Position numbers and translations under genes: made by a program
Part shown: positions 1 through 8,383 of the stretch, one piece after another
Layout of the letters: each line of letters starts with the position of its first letter
Position numbering within the stretch: the first letter of the stretch is position 1
Notes under the pieces: generated by a model
Told to the model about the DNA's origin: nothing
Databases searched by the model: none
What the model saw: the letters and a program-made list of their open reading frames with translations, nothing else
From: an uncultured Chloroflexota bacterium
GTDB taxonomy: Bacteria; Chloroflexota; Dehalococcoidia; Dehalococcoidales; RBG-16-60-22
Length of the DNA stretch: 38,985 nt
Assembly (NCBI GenBank): GCA_903915565.1
Contig: CAIWTG010000147.1
Location: forward strand, 1-38,985
Direction of reading: 5' to 3'

Positions 1-1119
1 CCCTATGATGTGATGTATGATTACGAAAAACTAAAGCATTCCTTCGGGAAATACGTCCTGGATATGAAACCGGACGCGCACCTTAGCGTGACGGTCTCAC
101 CCCCCGGCCGACTGCATGAAATTATCGACTATAAGCTTTATGCCTGGCCAGGCCACGGCGTGGCCAAAGAACACTCCTACCAGTGCCTCGAGGGCGAATA
201 CATGAAAGCTAATGAGTACGACGCCCTCATCAGCGACCCCACGAATTTCTTCCTTCAGGCCTGGCTGCCGCGCGTGATGGGCGCCCTCGACGGTTTAAAA
301 ATGCTGACGCCTTTCACCAATATGACGGAAATGTACGGCGGGTTCACGGGCGCGGCCTATGTGCCCTTCGGTCTGCCGCCGGTTAAAGCTGCTCTACAAA
401 AGATGATGGAAGCTGGCGATGAAGCTCTAAAATGGATTGGCGCGGTTGCCTCTTTCGGGGCGGAAATGAACGCGGCCGGCTTCCCGGGGATGTTCGGCGG
501 CGGCACCAAGGCGCCTTTCGATACCGTCGGCGACACTTTAAGAGGCACCAAGGGCATCATCACGGATATGTATCGCCAGCCGGCGAAAGTCGTCCGCGCC
601 TGCGAGCAATTCGTCCCGATAATGGTAAAGATGGGCGTTGATAACGCCAAGCTGAACGGCAACCCGGTTGTCTTTATCCCACTGCACAAGGGCGCCGACG
701 GCTTCATGTCCGACGAGCAGTTTAAGAAATTCTACTGGCCAACTTTGAAAGACCTGATGGACGGCCTGATTGCCGAAGGCTGCATACCCTTCCCCTGGGC
801 GGAAGGCGGCTACAACTCCCGGTTAAAGGTCATTAAAGACTCACCCAAAGGCAAAGTTCTCTGGGGCTTTGACACCACCGACATGGCGGAAGCCAAGAAA
901 GTCCTGGGCGACGTCAGCTGCATCGGCGGCAACCTTTCCATCGCTACGTTAAGCGTCGGCACACCGGAAGACGTTAAAAACGCCGCCAAGAAACTTATCA
1001 ATGACTGCGCTAAAGGCGGTGGCTATCTGATGCTGACCGGCGCTACCGTTGATAGCGTGCCTCCGGCCAACATTAAGATGATGATTGACGCGACCAAAGA
1101 ATTCGGCGTTTACAAATAA
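1..1119 (+). CDS. Uroporphyrinogen decarboxylase (UroD/MtaA-like) family protein, 5'-truncated by the window edge
   Basis: Frame 1 is open from nt 1 (PYD precedes the ORF-track start at 10). It aligns along its length with the complete paralog at 20233..21492 (shared WPGHGV, EYDA..DP..F, FK(K/R)FYWPT and C(A/G)KGGGY motifs), and the alignment implies roughly 60-70 N-terminal residues lie outside the window. Stop TAA at 1117-1119. Confidence 0.75.
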   Translation, partial: PYDVMYDYEKLKHSFGKYVLDMKPDAHLSVTVSPPGRLHEIIDYKLYAWPGHGVAKEHSYQCLEGEYMKANEYDALISDPTNFFLQAWLPRVMGALDGLKMLTPFTNMTEMYGGFTGAAYVPFGLPPVKAALQKMMEAGDEALKWIGAVASFGAEMNAAGFPGMFGGGTKAPFDTVGDTLRGTKGIITDMYRQPAKVVRACEQFVPIMVKMGVDNAKLNGNPVVFIPLHKGADGFMSDEQFKKFYWPTLKDLMDGLIAEGCIPFPWAEGGYNSRLKVIKDSPKGKVLWGFDTTDMAEAKKVLGDVSCIGGNLSIATLSVGTPEDVKNAAKKLINDCAKGGGYLMLTGATVDSVPPANIKMMIDATKEFGVYK

Positions 1120-1147
1120 CAAAGTCAAACGTTAAATCTAAGAAAAA

Positions 1148-1180
1148 AGAGGGGGGCTTTTTAGCCCCCCTCTTTCTTTT
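1148..1180. terminator. Bidirectional intrinsic terminator between convergent genes
   Basis: 11-bp stem AGAGGGGGGCT / AGCCCCCCTCT with a TTTT loop. An A-run lies upstream (a T-run on the minus strand) and TTCTTTTATC lies downstream. Confidence 0.75.
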
Positions 1181-1198
1181 ATCAATTTTTCGGTACCC

Positions 1199-1966
1199 TT
1201 AGAGCATCACCGTGCCGCCGTCGACGTAAAGCACCTGGCCGGTGATAAAGTCGGACGCGGCGGAAGCCAGAAAGACCGCTGCCCCTAATAAGTCTTCCGG
1301 ATTTTCCTTACGCTGGAAGGACTGTTCGCTGGTAGCCAGCTTAAAAGTGCCCTCGCTGTCGCGCTGGTCCATGCTGGCTTTAGTGGTAGTATAGCCCGGG
1401 GCGATGGCGTTAACGTTTATGCCGGAGGGGCCTAAAGCGCGCGCCATAGCGTGGGTGAAGGTGTACATCGTGCCTTTGGAACAGGCATAGGGCAAAAAGA
1501 CCTGTGCCGCCGGCACCTGCGCCACATTAGAGGCAATATTGATAATTTTGCCCTGCTTGTTTTTAGCCATAACGGGCACCACCGCCTTGCAGGCCAGCCA
1601 CGTGCCGATGACGTTGACCTTAAAGATTTTTTCCCAGTCCGCCACTGTCCAGGCGTCCCAGGGGGTAATGTTAAGCCCCGCCCAGATGGCGGCATTATTG
1701 ACTAAAATATCTATTTTCCCGAAAGCCTTGACGGCTTCGTCTGCCATTTTCTGGCAGGATTTTTCGTCGGAAATATCGGTTTGAACCGCCGCCGCCTGCC
1801 CGCCCTTGGCTTTTATTTCTTTAACGGCTTCCTCGGCCTGCGCCAGATTGATATCCGGCAAAAAAAGCTTGGTGCCTTCCTCGGCATATTTCAGCGCGAA
1901 AGCTTTACCGATACCCCTCCCGCCGCCGGTGATAACAGCTACTTTATCCTTTAATACTCCGGGCAT
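1199..1966 (-). CDS. SDR family oxidoreductase (FabG-like)
   Basis: N-terminal TGGGRGIG Rossmann motif, NNAA, catalytic YACSKG (YxxxK). RBS GGAGGG lies upstream of the ATG. Confidence 0.85.
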   Translation of the reverse strand: MPGVLKDKVAVITGGGRGIGKAFALKYAEEGTKLFLPDINLAQAEEAVKEIKAKGGQAAAVQTDISDEKSCQKMADEAVKAFGKIDILVNNAAIWAGLNITPWDAWTVADWEKIFKVNVIGTWLACKAVVPVMAKNKQGKIINIASNVAQVPAAQVFLPYACSKGTMYTFTHAMARALGPSGINVNAIAPGYTTTKASMDQRDSEGTFKLATSEQSFQRKENPEDLLGAAVFLASAASDFITGQVLYVDGGTVML

Positions 1967-2078
1967 ATTTCCCTCCTTAATTTTTTTAAGTTAAATGGAA
2001 CAACCTAGAAAAATTTACATCACGCCCACGGGTCAAGTCAAGTTTAAACAACGCCTGAATAACTAATATATCCGGCTA

Positions 2079-2117
2079 TTGACAAGTCTATTGTAATGTA
2101 TTACGATACATTGTAAT
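2079..2117 (+). promoter_or_regulatory. Putative sigma70 promoter with an overlapping PadR-type operator
   Basis: TTGACA (2079-2084), 17-nt spacer, TACGAT (2102-2107). An ATGT-N8-ACAT core (2096-2111) sits inside a 12-bp imperfect inverted repeat ATTGTAATGTAT-TACG-ATACATTGTAAT (2090-2117), directly upstream of the PadR gene. Confidence 0.5.
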
Positions 2118-2136
2118 ACAACTTTGTGAGGCTATC

Positions 2137-2631
2137 ATGTTCGAACGATTTTTTGAAACAGACCGGCATTCCCGCATCTTCGCCAAGGGCGATATCAAGT
2201 ATGTTATTCTCGACCTGATAAAAGATAAGCCGAGCTATGGCTACGAAATTATGCACTCTCTGGAGGATCACTTCCACGGTTTTTATTCGCCCAGCGCCGG
2301 CAGCGTCTACCCTACCCTGCAAATGCTGGAAGATATAGGTTACGTCTCTTCTTCCGAAAGGGACGGTAAAAAAGTCTACACCATCACCGAAGAAGGCAAG
2401 AAGTACTTGATTGAAAACCGGGAGAGCATTCACCGGGTTAAGTCCCACATGCGCGACTGGCAGGAAGACAGCGGCCGCGAAGAACTGCGCGATACCTTTT
2501 ACGACTTGAGGAGATTAGTGCGCCTGGTCAGCCGCAAAACACGCCGCCTCGATACAGAAAAGCTAAAGAAAATCCGCGAGATAGTAGACCAGGCCTATCG
2601 GCATGTCGAACAAATCGTCGAAAAAGACTAA
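2137..2631 (+). CDS. PadR family transcriptional regulator
   Basis: GDIKYVILDLIKDKPSYGYEIM...GSVYPTLQMLEDIGYV...KKVYTITEEGKKYL is a typical PadR winged-helix sequence. It is followed by a coiled C-terminal extension. Confidence 0.85.
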   Translation: MFERFFETDRHSRIFAKGDIKYVILDLIKDKPSYGYEIMHSLEDHFHGFYSPSAGSVYPTLQMLEDIGYVSSSERDGKKVYTITEEGKKYLIENRESIHRVKSHMRDWQEDSGREELRDTFYDLRRLVRLVSRKTRRLDTEKLKKIREIVDQAYRHVEQIVEKD

Positions 2632-2666
2632 CCGAACCCAAATATAGTAAAATATAAGGAGGTCAC

Positions 2667-2894
2667 ATGGGTTACTTTAGAATTCTGTCAGCCATTCCGG
2701 GGTTTTTCTTAAGCGCCTTTTTCCTGATGCTGCTCTGGGGCGCTATAGGACCGGACATCGGACTTCAAGCCATCAGCTACGTTAACTCAATGCTGGTAAC
2801 GATTTCGCTGTGGATTGCCGTAGCACCACTCGCGGCCGCAGGTATGGGGCGCCGTCACTGGTGGCATCGGCATCATCACGAAGAAAAAGAGTAA
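2667..2894 (+). CDS. Small two-TM membrane protein with a His-rich tail
   Basis: Strong RBS AAGGAGG 7 nt upstream. Two hydrophobic segments are followed by RRHWWHRHHHEEKE. The gene sits between the PadR and MFS genes. Confidence 0.6.
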   Translation: MGYFRILSAIPGFFLSAFFLMLLWGAIGPDIGLQAISYVNSMLVTISLWIAVAPLAAAGMGRRHWWHRHHHEEKE

Positions 2895-2934
2895 TTCCCC
2901 CAGGACAAAAAATACACCATAGACGGGAGATTTC

Positions 2935-4470
2935 ATGTTAGAACAGACTAAAGGCTACCGCCAGCGGTGGATTGCGCTCGCTTTTATGGGCATTTCGCTG
3001 CTGGTCATCTCGCTGGACAACACGGTACTAAACATGGCGTTGCCATCGATATCCAAAGACCTGGGGTCCAACTCCAGCCAGCTGCAATGGATTGTGGATG
3101 CTTATGTGCTGTCTATTGCCGGGCTGTTGTTGACGCTGGGATACCTCGGCGACCGACTGGGCCGCAAACCCATGCTGATGGTTGGGTTGGGCGTTTTCGC
3201 TCTATTCTCGTTGGGGGCGGCGCTTTCCAACTCCACCGGCATGCTGATTGCCATGCGGGCGCTGATGGGAATAGGGGCGGCGACGATTTTGCCGGCGACG
3301 CTATCAATTCTTACAGCAACCTTCCGCGAACCGAAAGAACGCGCCACCGCCATCGCTTTATGGGCTGCGGTTTTTTCACTGGGTATGGGCATCGGGCCGC
3401 TGGTGGGCGGCTACCTGCTAAACAATTTTCACTGGAGTTCGGTGTTCTACATTAATCTCCCTATCGTAGCGATAGGGCTGGTAGGCGCCGGGATATTTAT
3501 CCAAAATTCAAAAACCGAGAACCCCCGCAAACTGGATATCCCAGGGGCTGTTCTATCCATCGCCGGGTTTTTTGCGCTGGTTTATGCCATCATCCAGGCT
3601 GGAAACGACGGCTGGACGGAGCCGCATGTGCTGTGGGCTTTCGGTGGAGCTGTAGTGTTGCTGGCGGCTTTCTGCATCTGGGAGATGCGGTATAAAAACG
3701 CAATGCTGCCGCTGCACTTTTTTAAGAACTGGTCTTTCAGCGGCGCAACTATCGCACTTACGTTGGTTATGTTCGGACTGATGGGGGCTTTCTTCTTCCT
3801 CGGCCAGTTCCTGCAGTCTGTTCAGGGCTACAGTCCGCTTGACGCCGGGATACGCCTCCTGCCGATGGCGGCGGTGTCTTTTGTTAGCGCCATCGTATCA
3901 GCGTTTATTGCCAGACTCATCGGCACAAAAATAACGGTAGCCCTCGGTATTCTAATCGCGGCTTTCGGGTTTTACTATTTCTACCTGGTTGCCGCCGTGG
4001 ACATTAGTTACGGCTTGTTTGTAATTCCCATGTGCCTAACGGCACTGGGCATCGGACTTGTTATGGCCCCGGCGACAAATTCAATAATGGGTTCAATTCC
4101 GGTAGACCAATCGGGCGTTGGCTCGGCGTTGAATAACACCACGCGGCAAATCGGGGGCGCGCTGGGGGTAGCTGTACTCGGGACGATACTGAATTCTACT
4201 TACATTTCTGAAATCAACGCCGTACCATGGCCGGCGCAGCTCCCCACCCAGGCTTTAGATGGTATCCGCGGGAGTATTCAAGGAGCTCATATGGTGGCGC
4301 AAAGCGTCCCTTCGCCGCAGCTGTCACAACTGATTATCAACCAGTCTAACCAGGCTTTTACCTCGGGATCACGCCAGGCATTGTTGGTAGCAGCGATTAT
4401 CATGGCGGTTACCGCCGTTTTAACATTGTTCGTTTTGCCGACAAAAGTAAGACCGTATTCAGAAAAATAA
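2935..4470 (+). CDS. MFS transporter, DHA2 (EmrB/QacA-like, 14-TMS) drug/H+ antiporter type
   Basis: 511 aa and highly hydrophobic. It has LDNTVLNMALPSI, the GxLGDRLGRKP motif A, and about 14 predicted TM segments. Confidence 0.8.
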   Translation: MLEQTKGYRQRWIALAFMGISLLVISLDNTVLNMALPSISKDLGSNSSQLQWIVDAYVLSIAGLLLTLGYLGDRLGRKPMLMVGLGVFALFSLGAALSNSTGMLIAMRALMGIGAATILPATLSILTATFREPKERATAIALWAAVFSLGMGIGPLVGGYLLNNFHWSSVFYINLPIVAIGLVGAGIFIQNSKTENPRKLDIPGAVLSIAGFFALVYAIIQAGNDGWTEPHVLWAFGGAVVLLAAFCIWEMRYKNAMLPLHFFKNWSFSGATIALTLVMFGLMGAFFFLGQFLQSVQGYSPLDAGIRLLPMAAVSFVSAIVSAFIARLIGTKITVALGILIAAFGFYYFYLVAAVDISYGLFVIPMCLTALGIGLVMAPATNSIMGSIPVDQSGVGSALNNTTRQIGGALGVAVLGTILNSTYISEINAVPWPAQLPTQALDGIRGSIQGAHMVAQSVPSPQLSQLIINQSNQAFTSGSRQALLVAAIIMAVTAVLTLFVLPTKVRPYSEK

Positions 4471-4497
4471 AAGAGCATTTTCTGTCTTTCTCCGTCG

Positions 4498-4529
4498 GGG
4501 CAGGCGACATCGCCTGCCCTGTTTTTTAT
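4498..4529 (+). terminator. Intrinsic terminator of the PadR-MFS operon
   Basis: GGGCAGGCG-ACAT-CGCCTGCCC hairpin followed by TGTTTTTTAT. Confidence 0.8.
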
Positions 4530-4534
4530 GCACG

Positions 4535-4564
4535 TTGATTCTTTGGCGCCAAAGAGAGTACAAT
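4535..4564 (+). promoter_or_regulatory. Putative promoter with a perfect 16-bp palindrome in the spacer
   Basis: TTGATT (4535-4540), 18-nt spacer, TACAAT (4559-4564). The perfect palindrome TCTTTGGCGCCAAAGA occupies 4540-4555. Confidence 0.5.
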
Positions 4565-4623
4565 CTATCAAACTCTATTAAAAACTACCCCACAGATGGT
4601 AAATATTATTGGGAGGTAACACG

Positions 4624-6573
4624 ATGACCCGATGGCATGATTTCATAGAAAAAGACGGCAAAGCGCCCGCCTGGCCCTATCCCATCCGCTACGACCAGGA
4701 GCAGGAGATTGAAACCGACGTCCTGGTAATCGGCGGAGGGATTGCGGGGTGCTGGGCGGCTATCACCGCGGCGCGCAACGGCGCTAAAGTGGCGCTGGTG
4801 GAAAAGGGTGACACTATCAGGAGCGGCGCGGGCGGTCCCGGCTGCGACCACTGGTGCAACGTCCCCGCTAACCCACTATCGCCGGTGGACCCGGACGAAT
4901 GGGCAGCGGCCATGTCCGAGATGCCCTACTGCAACGGCATCGGCAACCAGATTCAGTGCCGTGAAGACTGGGACACGCTGGTGGAAATGGAGCAGATAGG
5001 CGGCAAAATCAGGGATACCGAAGATGAATATCTCGGTGCCGAAGGCAGGGATAAGAAGTCCAAAATAATGATATCCCCGCGCTATACTCGAAATATCGGC
5101 TTTGGCGGCGACGCCGCCGTCAGAAGGCCTTTTAAAAGCAACCCGGAAGGAAAACTGAACAACTGCACCATCCGGATATGGGGTTCGACGTTTAAGCCGG
5201 CCCTGAAAAAGGAATGCAAAAGGCTAGGCGTAAAAATCTTCGACCGGGTAATGGTCACCAGTCTCTTGACCGAAAAAGGCGTCCAGGGCGCCAGAGTCGT
5301 CGGGGCGACGGGACTCAACGGCCGCACCGGCGAGTTTATGATATTCAAGTCAAAGGCCTCTATAGTAGCTACTGCCGGCGATTGGTCGCTGTATTTGTTG
5401 AACACCGAGCTGGCGGGGTATAACACCTTCCGTTCCCGCACCATCACCGGCGACGGTAATGCCATGGCTTTCCGGGCCGGCGCGGAACTCACCCTGATGG
5501 AGCGGACGGGTGTGATGATGCTAGCCACCGGCTTTAAACATACCTGGTACGGCGGGGCCGGCGACGCTAGCTATGAGAACGTCCAGTTGGTCGACGCCAA
5601 CGGTAAAAAATTGCCCTGGCCGACACAGGGCTGGGCAGACGGCGGCGCGATGAGGCCAACACAAAAGGACATGGAAAAAATTATCAAGGGCATTCACAGC
5701 GGTGATTACGCCCTGCCTTTCTACGGGGATTTCCCGGGGATGAAAGACGTCGAGCGGAGAGCCACGTGGGACTTGATGCTCAAGGAAGAGTCCACCTGCA
5801 AAATCATTACTGATTCTTATGAAAAAGCGGGCTATGACCCCGCCAAACACCTCCTCCAGAACTACAGCTTTATTGAAGGCAACAGCCCGCAACAGTGGCG
5901 CACGGCTGGGGGCGGCGGTCCATTGGTAGACTGGAATCTGATGACCACGCTGGACGGACTATATGTAGCCGGAGAAAATATGTTCGCGGCTGGCGACCAC
6001 AGCTACGCGGCGGCAACTGGCAGATATGCCGGACGCAAAGCGGCGGGCTATTCCAAGCAGGTCGCCCAGGGTAAGGCGGCCAGAGAGCAGATTACAGCCG
6101 AGAAAAAGCGCATCTATGCCCCGATAAAGCGTACCGCCGGCATTGACTGGAAGGAACTACACGCCGGCATCGCCCGCGCTATGCAGTACTTCTGTTCCGA
6201 GTATAAAACCGAATTGTTACTGAACATGGGGCTGGACGCTTTGAAGGAAATTGAAGAAGTCCATGTTCCCCGCCTTTACGCCCTCGACCCGCATAAACTG
6301 ATGCGCAGTATCGAAGACTTAAATCTCTTGACCCACGGCCAGATTATTATCAACGCCGCTTTAGCGCGGAAAGCATCCAGCATGATGCTCAATCACTTCC
6401 GTATTGATTTCCCCCAGCTCGACCCGGCGGAATGGCATAAATACCTCACCATCAAGCTGGCGAATAATAAAGTCAAAATCGGCTCGCGGCCGCAGAAATA
6501 CTGGGGCGATATGGTCAAGAACTACGAAAAATATAACAAAGACTACACCGGCGTGTACAAACGGAAGAAATAA
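4624..6573 (+). CDS. FAD-dependent oxidoreductase, fumarate reductase/succinate dehydrogenase/AprA superfamily (large subunit)
   Basis: Start re-called to the ATG at 4624, behind RBS GGGAGG; the ORF-track start at 4609 is a TTG inside that RBS. It has the dinucleotide fold DVLVIGGGIAGCWAA..VALVEK, a later GLYVAGE..AAGDHSYAAATGRYAGRKA motif, and a C-terminal FRIDFPQLDPAEW motif typical of this flavoprotein family. Confidence 0.75.
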   Translation: MTRWHDFIEKDGKAPAWPYPIRYDQEQEIETDVLVIGGGIAGCWAAITAARNGAKVALVEKGDTIRSGAGGPGCDHWCNVPANPLSPVDPDEWAAAMSEMPYCNGIGNQIQCREDWDTLVEMEQIGGKIRDTEDEYLGAEGRDKKSKIMISPRYTRNIGFGGDAAVRRPFKSNPEGKLNNCTIRIWGSTFKPALKKECKRLGVKIFDRVMVTSLLTEKGVQGARVVGATGLNGRTGEFMIFKSKASIVATAGDWSLYLLNTELAGYNTFRSRTITGDGNAMAFRAGAELTLMERTGVMMLATGFKHTWYGGAGDASYENVQLVDANGKKLPWPTQGWADGGAMRPTQKDMEKIIKGIHSGDYALPFYGDFPGMKDVERRATWDLMLKEESTCKIITDSYEKAGYDPAKHLLQNYSFIEGNSPQQWRTAGGGGPLVDWNLMTTLDGLYVAGENMFAAGDHSYAAATGRYAGRKAAGYSKQVAQGKAAREQITAEKKRIYAPIKRTAGIDWKELHAGIARAMQYFCSEYKTELLLNMGLDALKEIEEVHVPRLYALDPHKLMRSIEDLNLLTHGQIIINAALARKASSMMLNHFRIDFPQLDPAEWHKYLTIKLANNKVKIGSRPQKYWGDMVKNYEKYNKDYTGVYKRKK

Positions 6574-6583
6574 GGAGACGGAG

Positions 6584-6889
6584 ATGACGCAAAAGAAAAC
6601 ATACGCTCTGCCTAATATAACAACCCCTAATACCAACGTGAAGTTCAATCCAGCAAGGTGCAACGGCTGCAACCACTGTGTAGAAGTCTGCCAGTGCGAC
6701 GTCTATATCCCCAACCCGGTTAAAGGTCAGCCGCCAGTGATTCTGCACCCGGACGAATGCTGGTATTGCGGGTGCTGCGTTAACGATTGTCCCCGCCCCG
6801 GCTCTATTGCGTTTAACTGGCCAGTGCAGCAGCGCGCCTACTGGAAGGACAAGAAGACAGGCAAGGTTCTAAGAGACAGCCAGGCGTAG
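6584..6889 (+). CDS. 2x[4Fe-4S] ferredoxin, AprB-like small subunit
   Basis: Start re-called to the ATG at 6584, behind RBS AAGGAGA and 10 nt after the upstream stop. It carries CNGCNHCVEVC and DECWYCGCCVNDCP cluster motifs. The second resembles the PDMCWECYSCVKxCP signature of AprB as I remember it. Confidence 0.7.
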   Translation: MTQKKTYALPNITTPNTNVKFNPARCNGCNHCVEVCQCDVYIPNPVKGQPPVILHPDECWYCGCCVNDCPRPGSIAFNWPVQQRAYWKDKKTGKVLRDSQA

Positions 6890-6895
6890 TTATAT

Positions 6896-6994
6896 TGTCA
6901 TTGCGAGGAGCGTAGCGACGTGGCAATCCCAATGATTGACTTCGCTCCATGGTGGAGATTGCCACGCCCTTCCGTGGAAGGGCTCGCAATGACA
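6896..6994. repeat. Nested palindromic (REP/MITE-like) intergenic element
   Basis: Outer arms are TGTCATTGCGAG (6896-6907) / CTCGCAATGACA (6983-6994). Inner arms are CGTGGCAATC (6919-6928) / GATTGCCACG (6957-6966). There are two small internal hairpins at 6945-6957 and 6967-6982. The element fills the gap between convergent genes. Confidence 0.7.
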
Positions 6995-7003
6995 GGAGAA
7001 ATA

Positions 7004-8383
7004 TTACCCCACTAATTTAATAATTCCGGTGGCGTCGGATAATGTTTCCAGTCGTTTCACTAAATCAATAACTCTTTCTATTTTGGCGGTGGGGAGGGGT
7101 TTTAAAGCGCAGGCGGCGCACTCCCGGAATTTTTTGGTCACGTCCTCAAAGGTCATGGAGCGCTCTACGCTGCCAAGACAGTACTCCACTTCGTCGGTAT
7201 ATTCCTTGCCGTCCTGCATGGTTATCGTTACGCCGCCCGGGCCAACGCCGTGCCGGTTCATCGCGGGCACTAATTTGCCGCTAACCTTACGCGCGACGTT
7301 TATAATTTCCGGTCGTTTAATGGAGTCCAAGGTAAAATCGTCCACGGTGACTTTGCCGTTGACTAAAGCCACCGCCACAACATAGGGCACGCTGAACTGG
7401 GCGTCGATAATCGTCCGCGGGTTTTGCTTCACCTCCGGCGGCTGCGATAAATCATAGACCGCCTGCCCGCCGTAGATGAGGATGGACTTTATTTTGCCAG
7501 TGTCAATATTGTGTTTTGCTCTCAAAGCCAGCGCCGCGTCAATACAGGCGTGGATTAACCCGCAGCAGGGATAAGGCTTATTACCAATATTCACGACTTC
7601 CCACCGCTGGCCCAAGTCCGCCGTCAATGCTTTGGGGTCGTAGTCCCCGCCCATATAGGTCTTAAAAATCCCCGCCTTCCCCTCCAGAGCGTCCCGCTCG
7701 CCGGTGATGCCTCTTTCCGCCATGAGGGCGGAGGTAATGCCGGCTTTGGCCGCCAGCCCCGGGCCCATCCTCTTCGCTAAAGCGCCGTCGGCCACGCCGG
7801 AGCCCGCGCCGCCGCATTGGTGATATGCCAGGCCGATGGCGTTAATCATCTGTTCTTCATCGAGTCCAAATAACCTGCCGGCAACCACCGCGCCGCCGAG
7901 GAAGCCAAAAAGCGTGGTGGGATGCCACCCGGAGGATAGAGCGCTTTTACCGGGGCGGTTCGCCAGCCCCAGCCGGGACATAAAATCGCCGCCCAGCGCT
8001 ATAGCTGTAATCAACTCTTTACCGGATACTTTACCCATCCGCTCCGCCGCCGCAAAAGCCGAGGAAACCGTAACGCAGCCGATGTGCACCAGCGCAGTTT
8101 GATGTCCGTCGTCGTAGTCCAGTGCGTGAATCATCGTGCCGTTGACCTGCGCGGCGTTGGGGGCGGGGCACTTAAAGCCGTGAGCGATAACCGTGCTTTG
8201 TTTAGCGCCACCCCACTCCTTTACCATATCCACCAGCTCCCCTACCCCCTCTTTAGTTGAGCCACCGAGGGCAGTCGCCAGGCTGTCCAGTACTTCCTTT
8301 TTTACTGCTTCGACGGCGGTTGGGGGTAAATTTTCATAACGGGTTTTAACGAAATGCTTTACAAACTCATTAATCGCGGCCAT
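7004..8383 (-). CDS. MmgE/PrpD family protein (2-methylcitrate dehydratase-like fold)
   Basis: 459 aa. It has the N-terminal FVK..RYENLPP..V...K..VLDSLA, then ALDYDD, GWHPT and GGA..A motifs characteristic of MmgE/PrpD. Confidence 0.8.
   Translation of the reverse strand: MAAINEFVKHFVKTRYENLPPTAVEAVKKEVLDSLATALGGSTKEGVGELVDMVKEWGGAKQSTVIAHGFKCPAPNAAQVNGTMIHALDYDDGHQTALVHIGCVTVSSAFAAAERMGKVSGKELITAIALGGDFMSRLGLANRPGKSALSSGWHPTTLFGFLGGAVVAGRLFGLDEEQMINAIGLAYHQCGGAGSGVADGALAKRMGPGLAAKAGITSALMAERGITGERDALEGKAGIFKTYMGGDYDPKALTADLGQRWEVVNIGNKPYPCCGLIHACIDAALALRAKHNIDTGKIKSILIYGGQAVYDLSQPPEVKQNPRTIIDAQFSVPYVVAVALVNGKVTVDDFTLDSIKRPEIINVARKVSGKLVPAMNRHGVGPGGVTITMQDGKEYTDEVEYCLGSVERSMTFEDVTKKFRECAACALKPLPTAKIERVIDLVKRLETLSDATGIIKLVG

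Noticed and set aside
6404-6583. N-terminal extensions in the ORF track: 6404..6583, 4609..4623, 16266..16334, 17330..17356, 20176..20232, 23690..23776, 33338..33397, 33669..33680 and 34946..34960.
   Set aside because: Several extensions begin at non-ATG codons (confirmed for 4609, 16334, 23776 and 33669). Each either overlaps the upstream gene or contains the promoter or RBS of the real gene. A downstream ATG (TTG for 16265) with a good Shine-Dalgarno sequence, and homology-consistent N-termini, fit better.
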